This document shows positions 19,291 through 29,459 of a DNA stretch of 64,000 nt, piece after piece (the first letter of the stretch is position 1; every line of letters starts with the position of its first letter). Both the position numbers and the translations under genes were made by a program. The notes beneath the pieces were generated by a model. The model was not told where the DNA came from, ran no database searches, and was given only the letters and a program-made list of their open reading frames with translations. Source of the stretch: an uncultured Ruficoccus sp. (GTDB lineage Bacteria > Verrucomicrobiota > Verrucomicrobiia > Opitutales > Cerasicoccaceae); contig OZ223496.1 of NCBI GenBank assembly GCA_965140785.1, forward strand, positions 96,001 to 160,000. The letters run 5' to 3'.

Positions 19291-19310
19291 ATCCCTGCAG
19301 ACGCTGGCTC

Positions 19311-20108
19311 TCACACCACCACGTCGCGGGGCACCTGCTGCACATTGAGCCCGCCGTCGAGGACGATTCGCGCCCCAACCAGCGTGGGCACGGACTCCGA
19401 GGCGAGAAAAAGCACGAGCCGCGAAATCTCCTCCTGTGAGCTGGGAGCACCCGCCGGAGTATTCATCAGACGCCGTTGCGTATCCGACTCCGAGAGTGCA
19501 TTCCACCGCTCCGTCCAGACATAGCCGAGCACCACGGCGTTGACACGGATGGCGTCGCCGGAGAGCTCCTGCGCCATGGAGCGGGTCAGGCCATCGAGGG
19601 CGGCCTTGCTTGTGTTGTAGCCGCTGCGGCCATAGATGCCACGCTCCCCGGCCAACGAGGAAATATTCACGATGGCACCGCCACCGATGTTTTTCAGATG
19701 CCGGGCCACGCGCTGCGCGCATAGAAAGGCACCGAAGAGATTCACCTCCAGCACCTGGCGAAAATGCTCCGGCGTCTGCTCCAGAAAGCCCGATGCCCCC
19801 AGGCCGAGGTGGGCGGCGTTGTTCACCAGCACGTCCGGCATCAACCCCTGTTTTTCAAAGTCGTCAAAGGCGTGGTTAACGGCGGCCTCGTCGCCGAGAT
19901 CAAAGCTGGCGGCGTGGAACTGCGCCTGCGGATACTGCGCGGCTAGCGTATCCCGCGCCTGCTCGACCGAGCCGTGGGAACCATGGACGATGACACGCGC
20001 CCCGGCTTCGGCGAAAGCCGCCGCGAGGGTATAGCCGAGGTTGCGACTGGAGCCGGTGACCAACACGGTCTTGCCGGTAAAAGATAACAGCGAGGACGGG
20101 AAAATCAT
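19311..20108 (-). CDS. SDR oxidoreductase
   Basis: TGSSRNLG, VNNAA, YNTSK. Confidence 0.85.
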   Translation of the reverse strand: MIFPSSLLSFTGKTVLVTGSSRNLGYTLAAAFAEAGARVIVHGSHGSVEQARDTLAAQYPQAQFHAASFDLGDEAAVNHAFDDFEKQGLMPDVLVNNAAHLGLGASGFLEQTPEHFRQVLEVNLFGAFLCAQRVARHLKNIGGGAIVNISSLAGERGIYGRSGYNTSKAALDGLTRSMAQELSGDAIRVNAVVLGYVWTERWNALSESDTQRRLMNTPAGAPSSQEEISRLVLFLASESVPTLVGARIVLDGGLNVQQVPRDVVV

Positions 20109-20136
20109 GGTCGTCGGAGTGGAGTTTTCGCTCGTG

Positions 20137-21303
20137 TTATTGTTTAAAAGTCAACCCCGCGTCGCCGGGTCGGATATCGGTCAGGGTGCCCTTGTAGTGG
20201 CGCAGCTCATGCGGCTGGTAGGGATGCTTAGCGAGGGCGTCCAGATCGATATCCACGCCCAGGCCGGGCGAGTCGGGGATGGTCAGGCACCCCTCGACAA
20301 AGCGCGTACCCTCGCGCGCTATCTCCGCACGCCAGGACACGTCCGTGGCCATCGTTTCGAGACGGCGGATATTCGGCGTGCAGGCGGCAGCGTGGAGGGT
20401 GGCGGCGTTGGCGACCGGGCCGCAAGGGTTATGCGGGCAACAGGGCAGGAACTGCGCTTCGGCCATGTCGGCAATGCGGCGCATCTCGGCAATACCGCCC
20501 ACGTGTGTCACGTCCGGCTGGGCGAAGTCCGCGCAGCGCGAAGTAAAAAACGGGACGTAGTCCCAACGGCTGTAGAGCCGTTCGCCGGCGGCGATGGGCA
20601 CCTTTGTGCGACGGCGAACGTCGGCCAGGGCGTCGAGGTTGCCCGGGGGAAGCGGCTCCTCAAACCAGCCGACTCCGTAGGCCGAGAGCATATCTGCGGC
20701 CTTAACTGCCGTGGGCACGTCGAAACGTCCGTGCCCCTCGATCAACAGCTCGGCCTTCCCGGCTACCACTTCGGCAACGGCGGCCACACAAGCCTCGGCT
20801 TTCACCAACTCCTGCGGCGTCAGCTCCAGATAGGCCGAGCCGAACGGGTCCCATTTGAGCCCTTTGTATCCGGCGGCGATCGCCGCCTTGGCTTTTTGGG
20901 CAAACTCTTCCGGCTCCTTCGCTCCGGCAAACCAGGCGTTGGCATAGCACTGAATGCGGTCGCGCACCCGACCGCCAAGCAGTTCATAGACCGGGACACC
21001 GAGCGCCTTGCCCTTGATGTCCCACAGGGCCATTTCCAAGGCTCCGAGGGCGGACATGTACACCGGCCCGCCGCGAAAATACACCTCGCGGTTCACCTCT
21101 TGCCAGATCGCCTCTATGTCTCCGGCCCGGCGACCGATGACGCCCCGGCCGATTTCCCGCATGGCCTCGGCCACGGTTTTTTCCCGGTATTCGAGCGAGG
21201 CTTCGCCCCAACCGTAGAGGCCCTCGTCGGTCTGCACATGGAGAAAAACCCAGTTGGTTCGGTAGCAATCGGCGATGTAGGGCGTGAGGGAGGTAATTTT
21301 CAT
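20137..21303 (-). CDS. dgoD: Galactonate dehydratase-like enolase-superfamily enzyme
   Basis: TDEGLYGWGE, ALWDIKGK, KWDP, EGHGRF, FEEP, AGER, QPD, PHNP. Confidence 0.75.
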   Translation of the reverse strand: MKITSLTPYIADCYRTNWVFLHVQTDEGLYGWGEASLEYREKTVAEAMREIGRGVIGRRAGDIEAIWQEVNREVYFRGGPVYMSALGALEMALWDIKGKALGVPVYELLGGRVRDRIQCYANAWFAGAKEPEEFAQKAKAAIAAGYKGLKWDPFGSAYLELTPQELVKAEACVAAVAEVVAGKAELLIEGHGRFDVPTAVKAADMLSAYGVGWFEEPLPPGNLDALADVRRRTKVPIAAGERLYSRWDYVPFFTSRCADFAQPDVTHVGGIAEMRRIADMAEAQFLPCCPHNPCGPVANAATLHAAACTPNIRRLETMATDVSWRAEIAREGTRFVEGCLTIPDSPGLGVDIDLDALAKHPYQPHELRHYKGTLTDIRPGDAGLTFKQ

Positions 21304-21390
21304 AACAAGGGTCCGATCCTAGTACAGGCCCCATAATGATGCACGCATCCATGCTTTACAGCACTGGGCATAAAGTTAACAATTGTGGGC

Positions 21391-22269
21391 ATGGGTAAAA
21401 TTGAGAGCCCGCCGGCCACCGTCTATCCTCCCGGTGATTGGCAGGCGCTGCATGTTGGTGTTGAGCGCTGCTATGCCGGCGCCCCGGTGGGAAAATCCGG
21501 CACCTTTCCCGGCACGGTGGTTACGCTTTGCGCGATGCGCAAGGGCACGGTTTCCATGAGCCGTGACGGCCTCTCGGTTCAAGTCGAATCGAGAAGCAAG
21601 CCCTGGCTCATCAACATACCGGGCGAGCGCACTCAGCAATTTTCCGACGACGCACAGATCGTCTCCGTCCACCTCAGCCTGAGCAATCCCGGCAATGGCG
21701 CGGAGTGGCGGGGCAAGCCGATGGTCGTGGCCCAGCCGGACGCTCCGGCTCGACAAGCCCTGGATAAACTCCAGCAAGCCGCACTCGCTGCCGGCTTGTC
21801 GCCACAACAGTTGGAGGTGCGCGGCCTGCCACTGCCACTGCCGGCGGCGCTCGCCCTGCAAGCCGCCGGGAGCGAACTCTTCGGCCATTTGCTACGGTTG
21901 ACACACCCACTGGGGCTGCGTTTCGAAATCCCGCCCATCGACGACCCGCGCGTACGCCAAAGCCATCTACGGCTCGCCACCCTACCGATGCAGACACCCT
22001 TTTCGCGCACGGTCCTGGCGTCCGAGCAAGGGCTCACCGCCGGGCAGCTCGACCGACTCTGGCGGCAGGAGCTCGGTCTGACTCCCCAGCAGTATCGCGA
22101 TCGCCAGCGCCTGGCTTTCGCCTGCGAACAACTGCGCCTGCCCGGCGCCTCCATCAAGGCCGTCGCCGCCGATCTGGGCTTCCGCCACCTCTCGCAGTTT
22201 TCCAACTGGTTCCGCGCCCGTCACCACGAGTCGCCCCGCGACTTCCGCAACCGCCCCCACGCCAGCTAA
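21391..22269 (+). CDS. AraC-family regulator
   Basis: SIKAVAADLGFRHLSQFSNWFR...SPRDFR; divergent from the dehydratase. Confidence 0.88.
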   Translation: MGKIESPPATVYPPGDWQALHVGVERCYAGAPVGKSGTFPGTVVTLCAMRKGTVSMSRDGLSVQVESRSKPWLINIPGERTQQFSDDAQIVSVHLSLSNPGNGAEWRGKPMVVAQPDAPARQALDKLQQAALAAGLSPQQLEVRGLPLPLPAALALQAAGSELFGHLLRLTHPLGLRFEIPPIDDPRVRQSHLRLATLPMQTPFSRTVLASEQGLTAGQLDRLWRQELGLTPQQYRDRQRLAFACEQLRLPGASIKAVAADLGFRHLSQFSNWFRARHHESPRDFRNRPHAS

Positions 22270-22283
22270 CCTTTTGCCGCTCC

Positions 22284-23708
22284 CTATAGCGCTCCGCGGC
22301 GCGTTTCGAGTCGGGCGCGGATGTCAACGAGTTTACCGCGGTTCAACGGGTAGAAAAGAACGAGGAGGAGCGAGAACACCCATATCGCCACCGGCAGAAC
22401 CAGAAATATCCACTTCATCCTCATGAGGACAGCGTGCGGCTGATGTTGCAGCGCTACATCGAAACCCGACATCTCCAGCGTGAGCCCGCCGATGCCCATC
22501 GCACACGTACCGGCCGCCTTTATAAACCACGAATAAAAGGCGTTCAGGGCGCCTTCCCGGCGACGGTACGTATCTATTTCATCGTAATCGGCCACGTCGG
22601 CCTTCATCGACGGCATGAACAGCCAGAAGGCCGACAGACTGCCCGACTGCAGGACCGCCGGGATCAGTTGCAAGTACGGCAGTTCCGGGTTCAGACAGAA
22701 ATAGTACAACAGGTGCCCAATCATGGCGATGACCAACACCGCCGCCACCAGCGTCTTCTTGTCAAATTTTTCGCTCAAGCAGGTCAAGAGCGGCAGGGAA
22801 AGAATTCCCACCACCACCATGCTCGTGTAGCGCCAGCCATCGATGACGGAGGCGTCCGCCAAGTCACCGCCATTGACCAAATAAATATTCACATACTGAC
22901 CCAGACTGATCACCGAGGCATTGCCCAAACTGAGGAAAAACGACGAGCCGATGAGGAACCACAATGGCTTGCAGCGGAACGTTTCCTTGATGCTCTGCCA
23001 GAAGGGGTCCCGGGCCTGCGAACTGGCCTCCTTGGCGTAGTATCGTTCCTTGACAAAAAGCGCCGGCATCAGACCGACCAGAACAATCATACCCGCCAGA
23101 AACCACCGGCACGTAAGCATGCCGTTGACGATGTCGGCCTTTCCGGTCTCGGGATCGGCGAACCACGGGCCGGTCAAAATGGCCATGATCCAGCCCCCGC
23201 CGAGCGCCACGATTTTAGAGAAGAACGACATCCAGGCGGTCAGGCGGGTACGCTCGTCGTAGTTGGGCGTGAGCTCCATCTGCAGCCCGTAGTAGGGCAT
23301 CGACCAGCAGGTGAAGCTGGTAAAAAACAGCAGGCCCACAGCCAGCAGATAAAAGAACATCCCCAGTTGGCTCCACCCGGCGGGCGGCGACCACAAAAAT
23401 GGATAGAGGACCGCGGTCAAAATGGCGCCCACGAACATGAAAGGCCGCCGCCGTCCCCAGCGGGTACGGGCATTGTCGGAGATATTTCCCATCAACGGGT
23501 CCGAGATCGCATCCCAGGCCCGCAGCAGCATCAGGCACAGGCCCAGCAGGGCCGGACTGATCCCCAGCCCGATGTTGAAGTACGGCATCCACAGCATGCT
23601 CACCGTCACGCCGGTGGCGAAATAGTCCATCTTTCCGCCGAGGGCAAAAGCGATCTTCTGCCCAAACGGGATGCGGTCGGACTCGGGAATGTAGGCCTTA
23701 CGGTTCAT
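22284..23708 (-). CDS. MFS glycoside-pentoside-hexuronide (GPH) sugar transporter
   Basis: WDAISDPLMGNISDNARTRWGRRRPF, ELTPNYDERT, ADVADYDE...RREG; multiple TM segments. Confidence 0.9.
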   Translation of the reverse strand: MNRKAYIPESDRIPFGQKIAFALGGKMDYFATGVTVSMLWMPYFNIGLGISPALLGLCLMLLRAWDAISDPLMGNISDNARTRWGRRRPFMFVGAILTAVLYPFLWSPPAGWSQLGMFFYLLAVGLLFFTSFTCWSMPYYGLQMELTPNYDERTRLTAWMSFFSKIVALGGGWIMAILTGPWFADPETGKADIVNGMLTCRWFLAGMIVLVGLMPALFVKERYYAKEASSQARDPFWQSIKETFRCKPLWFLIGSSFFLSLGNASVISLGQYVNIYLVNGGDLADASVIDGWRYTSMVVVGILSLPLLTCLSEKFDKKTLVAAVLVIAMIGHLLYYFCLNPELPYLQLIPAVLQSGSLSAFWLFMPSMKADVADYDEIDTYRRREGALNAFYSWFIKAAGTCAMGIGGLTLEMSGFDVALQHQPHAVLMRMKWIFLVLPVAIWVFSLLLVLFYPLNRGKLVDIRARLETRRGAL

Positions 23709-23989
23709 GCTGAAATTGCACATTTAGAAGAGGTGATGGCGGTCAGGCGGGGACATGGCACGGCCCACGTCACTGAAAAAGTAACGGCAAAAGCGGCCGG
23801 CATGGCACAGGCTCAGTGTATCCGCCTGCCGCCGGTCGCTAAAGGTCTCCCCCACCCGCCTGATTACAGGCGACCTTTGTCCGCACCCTCAAACCCATTA
23901 TCAATAAAAATCATTTTATAATATTTGCTCAAAAAGCTCCTCACTCACTTCATGCCTGCCTCGGCTGAGCAATGCCCGAAGGACGACAG

Positions 23990-24895
23990 TTAGCTTCGCT
24001 TTGTTCTAAAGCGAGACAGACCGAGCAAGACCAGACAGACAGTCAGATACATGACAGAGGAATTACTTTCCGGGATCACATTCAAGGCGCTGTTCCAGTC
24101 ATCGGTAATGGCGAGGGCGTCGATCGTGAATACATCATCCGAATCCAGGTTGGAGCCGAAACGGAAGCCGGCGTAGCTAGCGGTCGATACATAGCTCTGG
24201 GCGATGGTCGAGGTCCCCTGAGGCGTTCCTGCGTCTCCGACCTGCGGGTTCACCCAGATCGAGGTCTGGTCGTATTCGCCGTCTTCATTCGCATCCTCGT
24301 AACGGGCGACCACCAGATAGGTGGTGGAGCTGGTGAAGTCCATACTGCTGTTCGCATAGTTGGACGAACCGGTACGGCTGAAGAAATCCTTGTTGCCTGC
24401 GTCATTCAGCCCTCGCAGGCCGGCATTGGGTCCCGGACTATGGCTGGCGGATTGAGTTCCTTCGTCTCCGTCCACAAAGGAAGTAAGGAAATCATTGCTG
24501 TCCCAGCTACCGCTTTCCATCCGGATGAGGAAACGGATGTAAAAGGTCTCCCCGGCATCCAGTCCGGAAAACTCCCGAACCACAGCGGTGTTAAGCGCAG
24601 CAGACGGGGGATTATTGACCAGTTGCAGCGCGTTGCCACCTCCGATGGGATTGGCGCCTGCGTTGGTGTAGGTCAGCGCCGTCGTGGGCGTCACGATCTG
24701 GGATTGCGCGTCGTTGAAGAAGTTGTTCCAGCCGCCGGACCAACCCGTTCCTCCGTTGAGGTTGTTGGTATTGCCCGTGGCGTAGTCGAAGTTGTCTTCA
24801 GCCACTGTCGCGGCTGAACCGGTCTGGGCAAAAAGCAAGCCACCCAACAGGGCCGCCGAGATACAGGTTGTTCGCATAAACGAGGTGCGTTTCAT
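23990..24895 (-). CDS. PEP-CTERM-like (IPES variant) secreted beta-sandwich protein
   Basis: Signal peptide; DNFDY...GGTGWSGGW; C-terminal VIPESNSS + hydrophobic helix + RFRTKRS. Confidence 0.75.
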   Translation of the reverse strand: MKRTSFMRTTCISAALLGGLLFAQTGSAATVAEDNFDYATGNTNNLNGGTGWSGGWNNFFNDAQSQIVTPTTALTYTNAGANPIGGGNALQLVNNPPSAALNTAVVREFSGLDAGETFYIRFLIRMESGSWDSNDFLTSFVDGDEGTQSASHSPGPNAGLRGLNDAGNKDFFSRTGSSNYANSSMDFTSSTTYLVVARYEDANEDGEYDQTSIWVNPQVGDAGTPQGTSTIAQSYVSTASYAGFRFGSNLDSDDVFTIDALAITDDWNSALNVIPESNSSVMYLTVCLVLLGLSRFRTKRS

Positions 24896-24920
24896 AGGGT
24901 ATGGGAGTTTTTTGAGGTTA

Positions 24921-24943
24921 ATAATTACACTAGTTTATTAAAA
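24921..24943. promoter_or_regulatory. Putative ROK operator (copy 1)
   Basis: Minus strand TTTTAATAAACTAGTGTAATTAT, downstream of TTGACC (24959-24964). Confidence 0.5.
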
Positions 24944-25099
24944 GGCTTTCGAACATTCGGTCAAGCGTAATTGTATCTCGCGCCAGACAGCTTTCGGGTC
25001 GGGAAAGCTCTGAACAGCACGCGCTGTGACGGCCATCCAACGGCAGCGAAACTCAATCAGGATGTGCTTTCGGTAGCTCTATGATTCAGGGAGTTCAGG

Positions 25100-28000
25100 T
25101 TACAGGTATTGCTCCTCCGCGGACTCCAGCGTGATACCGAAGAGAACGGGGACGCGGCGCATGTTCTGGCCCGGTTGAAAATCGATACTCCGGATTCTCT
25201 TCGTCGGCGTGGGATTGATCCACTCCATGCGGTACACAGACACCACCGAATTGTTGGCGGCGGGATAATTGGCCGCTACCTTCGCTCCTGGCAGGTCCTC
25301 GCGGGCCTCCTTTTTGAAACGGTCGATATTGTACTTGTTGACCAGAGGCACAGTTTCGCTGGTACCGTCCATGTAGTTGATCCGGTAGCTGCCAACGTTG
25401 TTGTAGCGCGTGACTTTCAAGTGCCAGTTTTCCAGAAAGGCGTGGAAGAAATAAATCCGCTCCACCAGACGGTCCTCGACGGGGATTTCGATATCGTAGG
25501 TTCCTTGCAGGCCGGACGAATCCTCCTGAGTGAAATCCGTCACGCTTTCGCCCTTCCCCTGCGTGATGATGATAGCGTTGCGGCTGTCGTTCTTGCGCGG
25601 GTCGAGGATGACGAAGGGGACGTCCCCTGCGGTCATCAACTGTTGGCCGTGCATAAAGGCGGGCGTCTCCGTCCCACCCTCCTGGTCGGATTGGGGCAGT
25701 TGGCCGCTGTCCTGATAAACGATCCACTCCTTGCTGAAGAGACCGACGTTGATATTGCAGTACGGGCCGAGCGCCAGCGGACGCGAGCGCGTCTCCGAGA
25801 AAACTTTCGGGATGGTGGTTAACTTCGCGTGGAGGGCCGTCAGCAGGATGGACGCCATGCGGGGCGGGCGGTCCTCGAGGTCCCAGAGTATCTGGTCGAT
25901 CACGAGCCGCCCCTGCCCGACCGGAATCTCCTGCAACATGCCGGTGACAGCCAACGACTGGCGGGACTCGACCGGGCCCTTCCAAGTGACGAGCTTGCCG
26001 GCGGTCGGCGTGGCGTTTCGGACCGGCCGCTCTCCCCAGGTGAGATCAGCCAAGCTCGCATCGGCCAGCAACCCGCCGGGCAGGATGCCGGGCGCCACCT
26101 TTACCTCTCCCTCGCGCTCGGAAAAAACCGGCTCGGCGCCGACGACTTCCCGCAGCCAGGCGGCATCCTTTTCGCTGACGTTATGCACCAGCACGGTTGC
26201 GCCCGACTCGAGCAGCTCACGCGCCACGGCGGCCGGGAAATCTTCGGATAGAGCCTGCGCCCCGGCCAGGATCAGCTGCGCATTGTCCGCGTCCCAGGCA
26301 TTCGGCAAGGAGCCCGCCTCCTGTGCATCGATCCGCAAGGCTTTCAAGCTCTGCTGAAAGGTGCTGTTCGGGTCCGCGTTCACAATGAGGGTGGACGCAT
26401 AGGTGTGCTGGGGTAGCTGACCGGCCCAGTCGATCAGGTTCCTCAGCAAAAGCGCGGCGGCGGGCTCCTGGCGGACCCTGGAAGGTACATCATAGGTATT
26501 AAGCACATAAGAACCTTTTCCATAGTACAACTGAATGAGCGGCGTGAGGTTGAGCCCGGCCCGCGAACCGGCCTGCGCGATGACCCGGAAGTTTCCGCCC
26601 TCGGGCATGACGATCATCGACGGGGCGATGATGTTGTCCGTCGCCCACATGCGCAGGTCCTCGTCATTGAGGTTGGCGAAGACCGGACTGTCTTTCGCAC
26701 GGCGGAAGCTGATCGTAGACGGCTGGTCAAAGGGGGTCAACTCGAGTGGCAACCACTGGTAGCCGCCCTCCGGCGCCGTGAGCGCCAGCACGCACCCACC
26801 GCCGGCAACATACTCGGAAAGGGCTTGCTGGTTGGTCTCCAGCCAGGCAGCGGAGACCTCGTCGCCCAGAATGACCAACGTGAAATACGACAAATCCTCC
26901 AACGTGGTCGCGTGTGCGTTGGCACCCAGAGCGCTCAGCAGGTCGAGCAATTCCGGCGAGCCCTCCAGCACTCCGATTTCCCCGCTGTCGGCGACCCGCA
27001 GGTCCTGCGAAAAAACTTCGACCGGATAGTCCTGCGAAAAGAGCACGTCCCCGCCGTCGGAGACGATCTGCACCTCACCGAGGATTTTTCGTTTAGTCCC
27101 CTTCGCTTCCAGAGCGGGAAAGGGAAGGTCGATGACTTTCGTCTCGCCGGGCTCCAGGGTCAGCGCAACCTCGTGTGTCCACGCGGTGCTGTTTTTTTCG
27201 CTGAGGGTGACCTTCAACTGACCGGCCACCGACTCTTCCGAAGTATTCCAGACCCGGTACTTGCGCGGAGTTTCCGCCCCGGCGAAAAACCGCAGCCCCT
27301 GCCAGTCGTCCAGAGCCCCGCCGACCGGGAGAAACGCTTCCTTCAAAGCCATCAGATAGGCGCGATCGTAATCGGCACGACCCGGCAGCGCGCCCGATGT
27401 CATGGCCATTCCCGTCGCCAGACATGCCTGGTAATTCCAGGCATACATCTGTCCCAAGGCCCGGCCAATCTGCTTACTGGACGCAATCACCGGCTCGGCG
27501 TAAAGCTCGTCGCCAATGACAATAGCGAGGTAATCGTAGTTAAAGAGCAACATCTGCTCCCCGATGGCCAGGGGCTTGTCCTTCTTCCAGTCCAAGTCGG
27601 CATAAAGCGGGTTACCCGGAGGCGAGCCGTCCAGCGGCCAGTAAAAAAGATTCGGGAAATCGACGCCGCCCAGCGGATAGTGGACATTGACGATCTGCTC
27701 GACACCGCCTAGCCGCCCATAGGCCGAATGCTGCACCGGGCGCGTGGGGTCCGTCGCCAGAGCCGCCTCCTGCATCCCCACCAGGTACTCCGTCGTGTCC
27801 GCGTCGCGCGGCATCTTCCAGTGCTCAAACTCATTGGTCAGGCTCCAGATGACCACGGAGGGGTGATTGCGCAAGCGCTTGATGAACCGCTCCATGTGCT
27901 CCAGGGTGTGCTCGGACTTGGGACCGTGGCTGGTGGCGGCTTCCGCCAGGACTAGCATGCCGACCTCGTCTGCCGCCTCGTACCACTCGTCCGGTAGCGG

Positions 28001-29194
28001 CTGCACATGGTAACGGGCCGAGTTAATGTTGTAGCCGAGCAGGGTCTTGAGCGCGTCGGCAGCGTCCAGGGATTTGTTTTTGAGCGAAGCGTGGGTCCAA
28101 CTGCCAATATGCCCCCAGATGCCCCTGAGGAAGGTCTTCTTCCCGTTCAGGTAAAAGGCATTCCCCTCGATCCAAAATTCGCGAAAGCCGAAGGGGACGT
28201 TCCACCGGTCCAGCACGCTGCCCCGGGAATCCCCGACCGAAACGGCCAGGCGGTACAGGTACGGACTTTCCGGGGACCACAACTTCGGGTCGGGCCAGGC
28301 GGCCTCGTATTCGAGTATGTTGTCGTCTCTGGATTTCAGCTTAAAATTCAACGGCACCGGCTCTTCGCCATCGAGAATCTCGAGCGAAAGCGAAGCCGGC
28401 TGCACCTCTCCGGCACCGGCGACATCGACCTCAACGGCGAGGCTCTTATCGCGGAACGAGGGCTTCACAAAAACATCCGCGATGTGTCGCTCGGCAACCC
28501 CATAGATCAGCACGTCATCGGCAATACCCCGCTGGAAACGCGCTTGCACCGCCTTCGGAATTCCCTTCGGCAGCGTGTTGGCGTCACCGACGAGGATGAC
28601 CAATTCGTTCGGCTCGTCCCAGTTCACAAAATCGGTAATATCGTACTCGGCTGGATTGTATCCATCGGTGGATACATCGACCTGCTCACCGTTCACCCAG
28701 ATTTCATACTGGGTATAAATTCCCTCGCAGCGCAGCATGATGAACTCCGATTTTTGCAGACTTTCGGACAGGTCGAAGCCCTTTCGGTACCAGGCCCAGT
28801 GCGTGCTCGTTTTGTCCTTACCCTTGGGCCACTTGATTTTATAGGCCCACCAGTTCGCATGCCATTTCCAGCGCCCCGGCGTATCGGCGAGTTTGATTGT
28901 CTGATAGGGAGTCTTGTCGGAAAATGCCGGGCGTTCCTGCCCGAAAACCGGCGAGAAATCCCACTGCCCACCCAGTTCCATCAAGGGGCGGCTGGGGTAC
29001 TCCGCCTGCCACGCGTAAATATTCTCCGTAGTACCGGCATCGGCTGCCCGAGCCTTTCCCGGCAGGACCACCAACAGAACGAGCAGCGCGGACAAGAGTC
29101 CCAGGCTGGACTTCGTGCGGATGGCGCTGGCAGCACAGATCTCGATCAGAGGCTGAAAACGGGAAGAGGGGGATAGCAGGGGTTTCTTTTTCAT
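25100..29194 (-). CDS. Large secreted GH2-family glycoside hydrolase
   Basis: WYRKGF, LWSPESPYLY, FGFREF, RLRNHPSVVIWSLTNE, PLAIGE; signal peptide. Confidence 0.88.
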   Translation of the reverse strand: MKKKPLLSPSSRFQPLIEICAASAIRTKSSLGLLSALLVLLVVLPGKARAADAGTTENIYAWQAEYPSRPLMELGGQWDFSPVFGQERPAFSDKTPYQTIKLADTPGRWKWHANWWAYKIKWPKGKDKTSTHWAWYRKGFDLSESLQKSEFIMLRCEGIYTQYEIWVNGEQVDVSTDGYNPAEYDITDFVNWDEPNELVILVGDANTLPKGIPKAVQARFQRGIADDVLIYGVAERHIADVFVKPSFRDKSLAVEVDVAGAGEVQPASLSLEILDGEEPVPLNFKLKSRDDNILEYEAAWPDPKLWSPESPYLYRLAVSVGDSRGSVLDRWNVPFGFREFWIEGNAFYLNGKKTFLRGIWGHIGSWTHASLKNKSLDAADALKTLLGYNINSARYHVQPLPDEWYEAADEVGMLVLAEAATSHGPKSEHTLEHMERFIKRLRNHPSVVIWSLTNEFEHWKMPRDADTTEYLVGMQEAALATDPTRPVQHSAYGRLGGVEQIVNVHYPLGGVDFPNLFYWPLDGSPPGNPLYADLDWKKDKPLAIGEQMLLFNYDYLAIVIGDELYAEPVIASSKQIGRALGQMYAWNYQACLATGMAMTSGALPGRADYDRAYLMALKEAFLPVGGALDDWQGLRFFAGAETPRKYRVWNTSEESVAGQLKVTLSEKNSTAWTHEVALTLEPGETKVIDLPFPALEAKGTKRKILGEVQIVSDGGDVLFSQDYPVEVFSQDLRVADSGEIGVLEGSPELLDLLSALGANAHATTLEDLSYFTLVILGDEVSAAWLETNQQALSEYVAGGGCVLALTAPEGGYQWLPLELTPFDQPSTISFRRAKDSPVFANLNDEDLRMWATDNIIAPSMIVMPEGGNFRVIAQAGSRAGLNLTPLIQLYYGKGSYVLNTYDVPSRVRQEPAAALLLRNLIDWAGQLPQHTYASTLIVNADPNSTFQQSLKALRIDAQEAGSLPNAWDADNAQLILAGAQALSEDFPAAVARELLESGATVLVHNVSEKDAAWLREVVGAEPVFSEREGEVKVAPGILPGGLLADASLADLTWGERPVRNATPTAGKLVTWKGPVESRQSLAVTGMLQEIPVGQGRLVIDQILWDLEDRPPRMASILLTALHAKLTTIPKVFSETRSRPLALGPYCNINVGLFSKEWIVYQDSGQLPQSDQEGGTETPAFMHGQQLMTAGDVPFVILDPRKNDSRNAIIITQGKGESVTDFTQEDSSGLQGTYDIEIPVEDRLVERIYFFHAFLENWHLKVTRYNNVGSYRINYMDGTSETVPLVNKYNIDRFKKEAREDLPGAKVAANYPAANNSVVSVYRMEWINPTPTKRIRSIDFQPGQNMRRVPVLFGITLESAEEQYL

Positions 29195-29211
29195 TCAGAA
29201 AGGTTCACGAG

Positions 29212-29239
29212 TTATTTATTTAACTAGTAAACTAAATAA
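29212..29239. promoter_or_regulatory. Putative ROK operator (copy 2)
   Basis: TTATTTATTTA-ACTAGT-AAACTAAATAA imperfect palindrome overlapping the predicted -10 of a TTGACA (29249-29254, minus) promoter. Confidence 0.6.
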
Positions 29240-29459
29240 AATTACCCCTGTCAACCTTGAATTGCACAACCGGGTATCGCGAAAGCCTTCCGCCGGTTTC
29301 GTGGCGGCGTGATCTGGGATGGAGTTGTCCAATGGGGCGCCTGGAATAAGCCAGCTTGACTAACGAGATTGATTCATCGTTAAGTGCTTGAGGGTGTTTT
29401 AAAAGCGCCTTGGAATCAACGAATAACCAGCATGGAGCAGGCACCACGAAGGAGCTGAG

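Noticed and set aside
24949..24960. TCGAACATTCGG as a sixth LacI operator
   Set aside because: One base short, with a mismatched arm, and located in the ROK module
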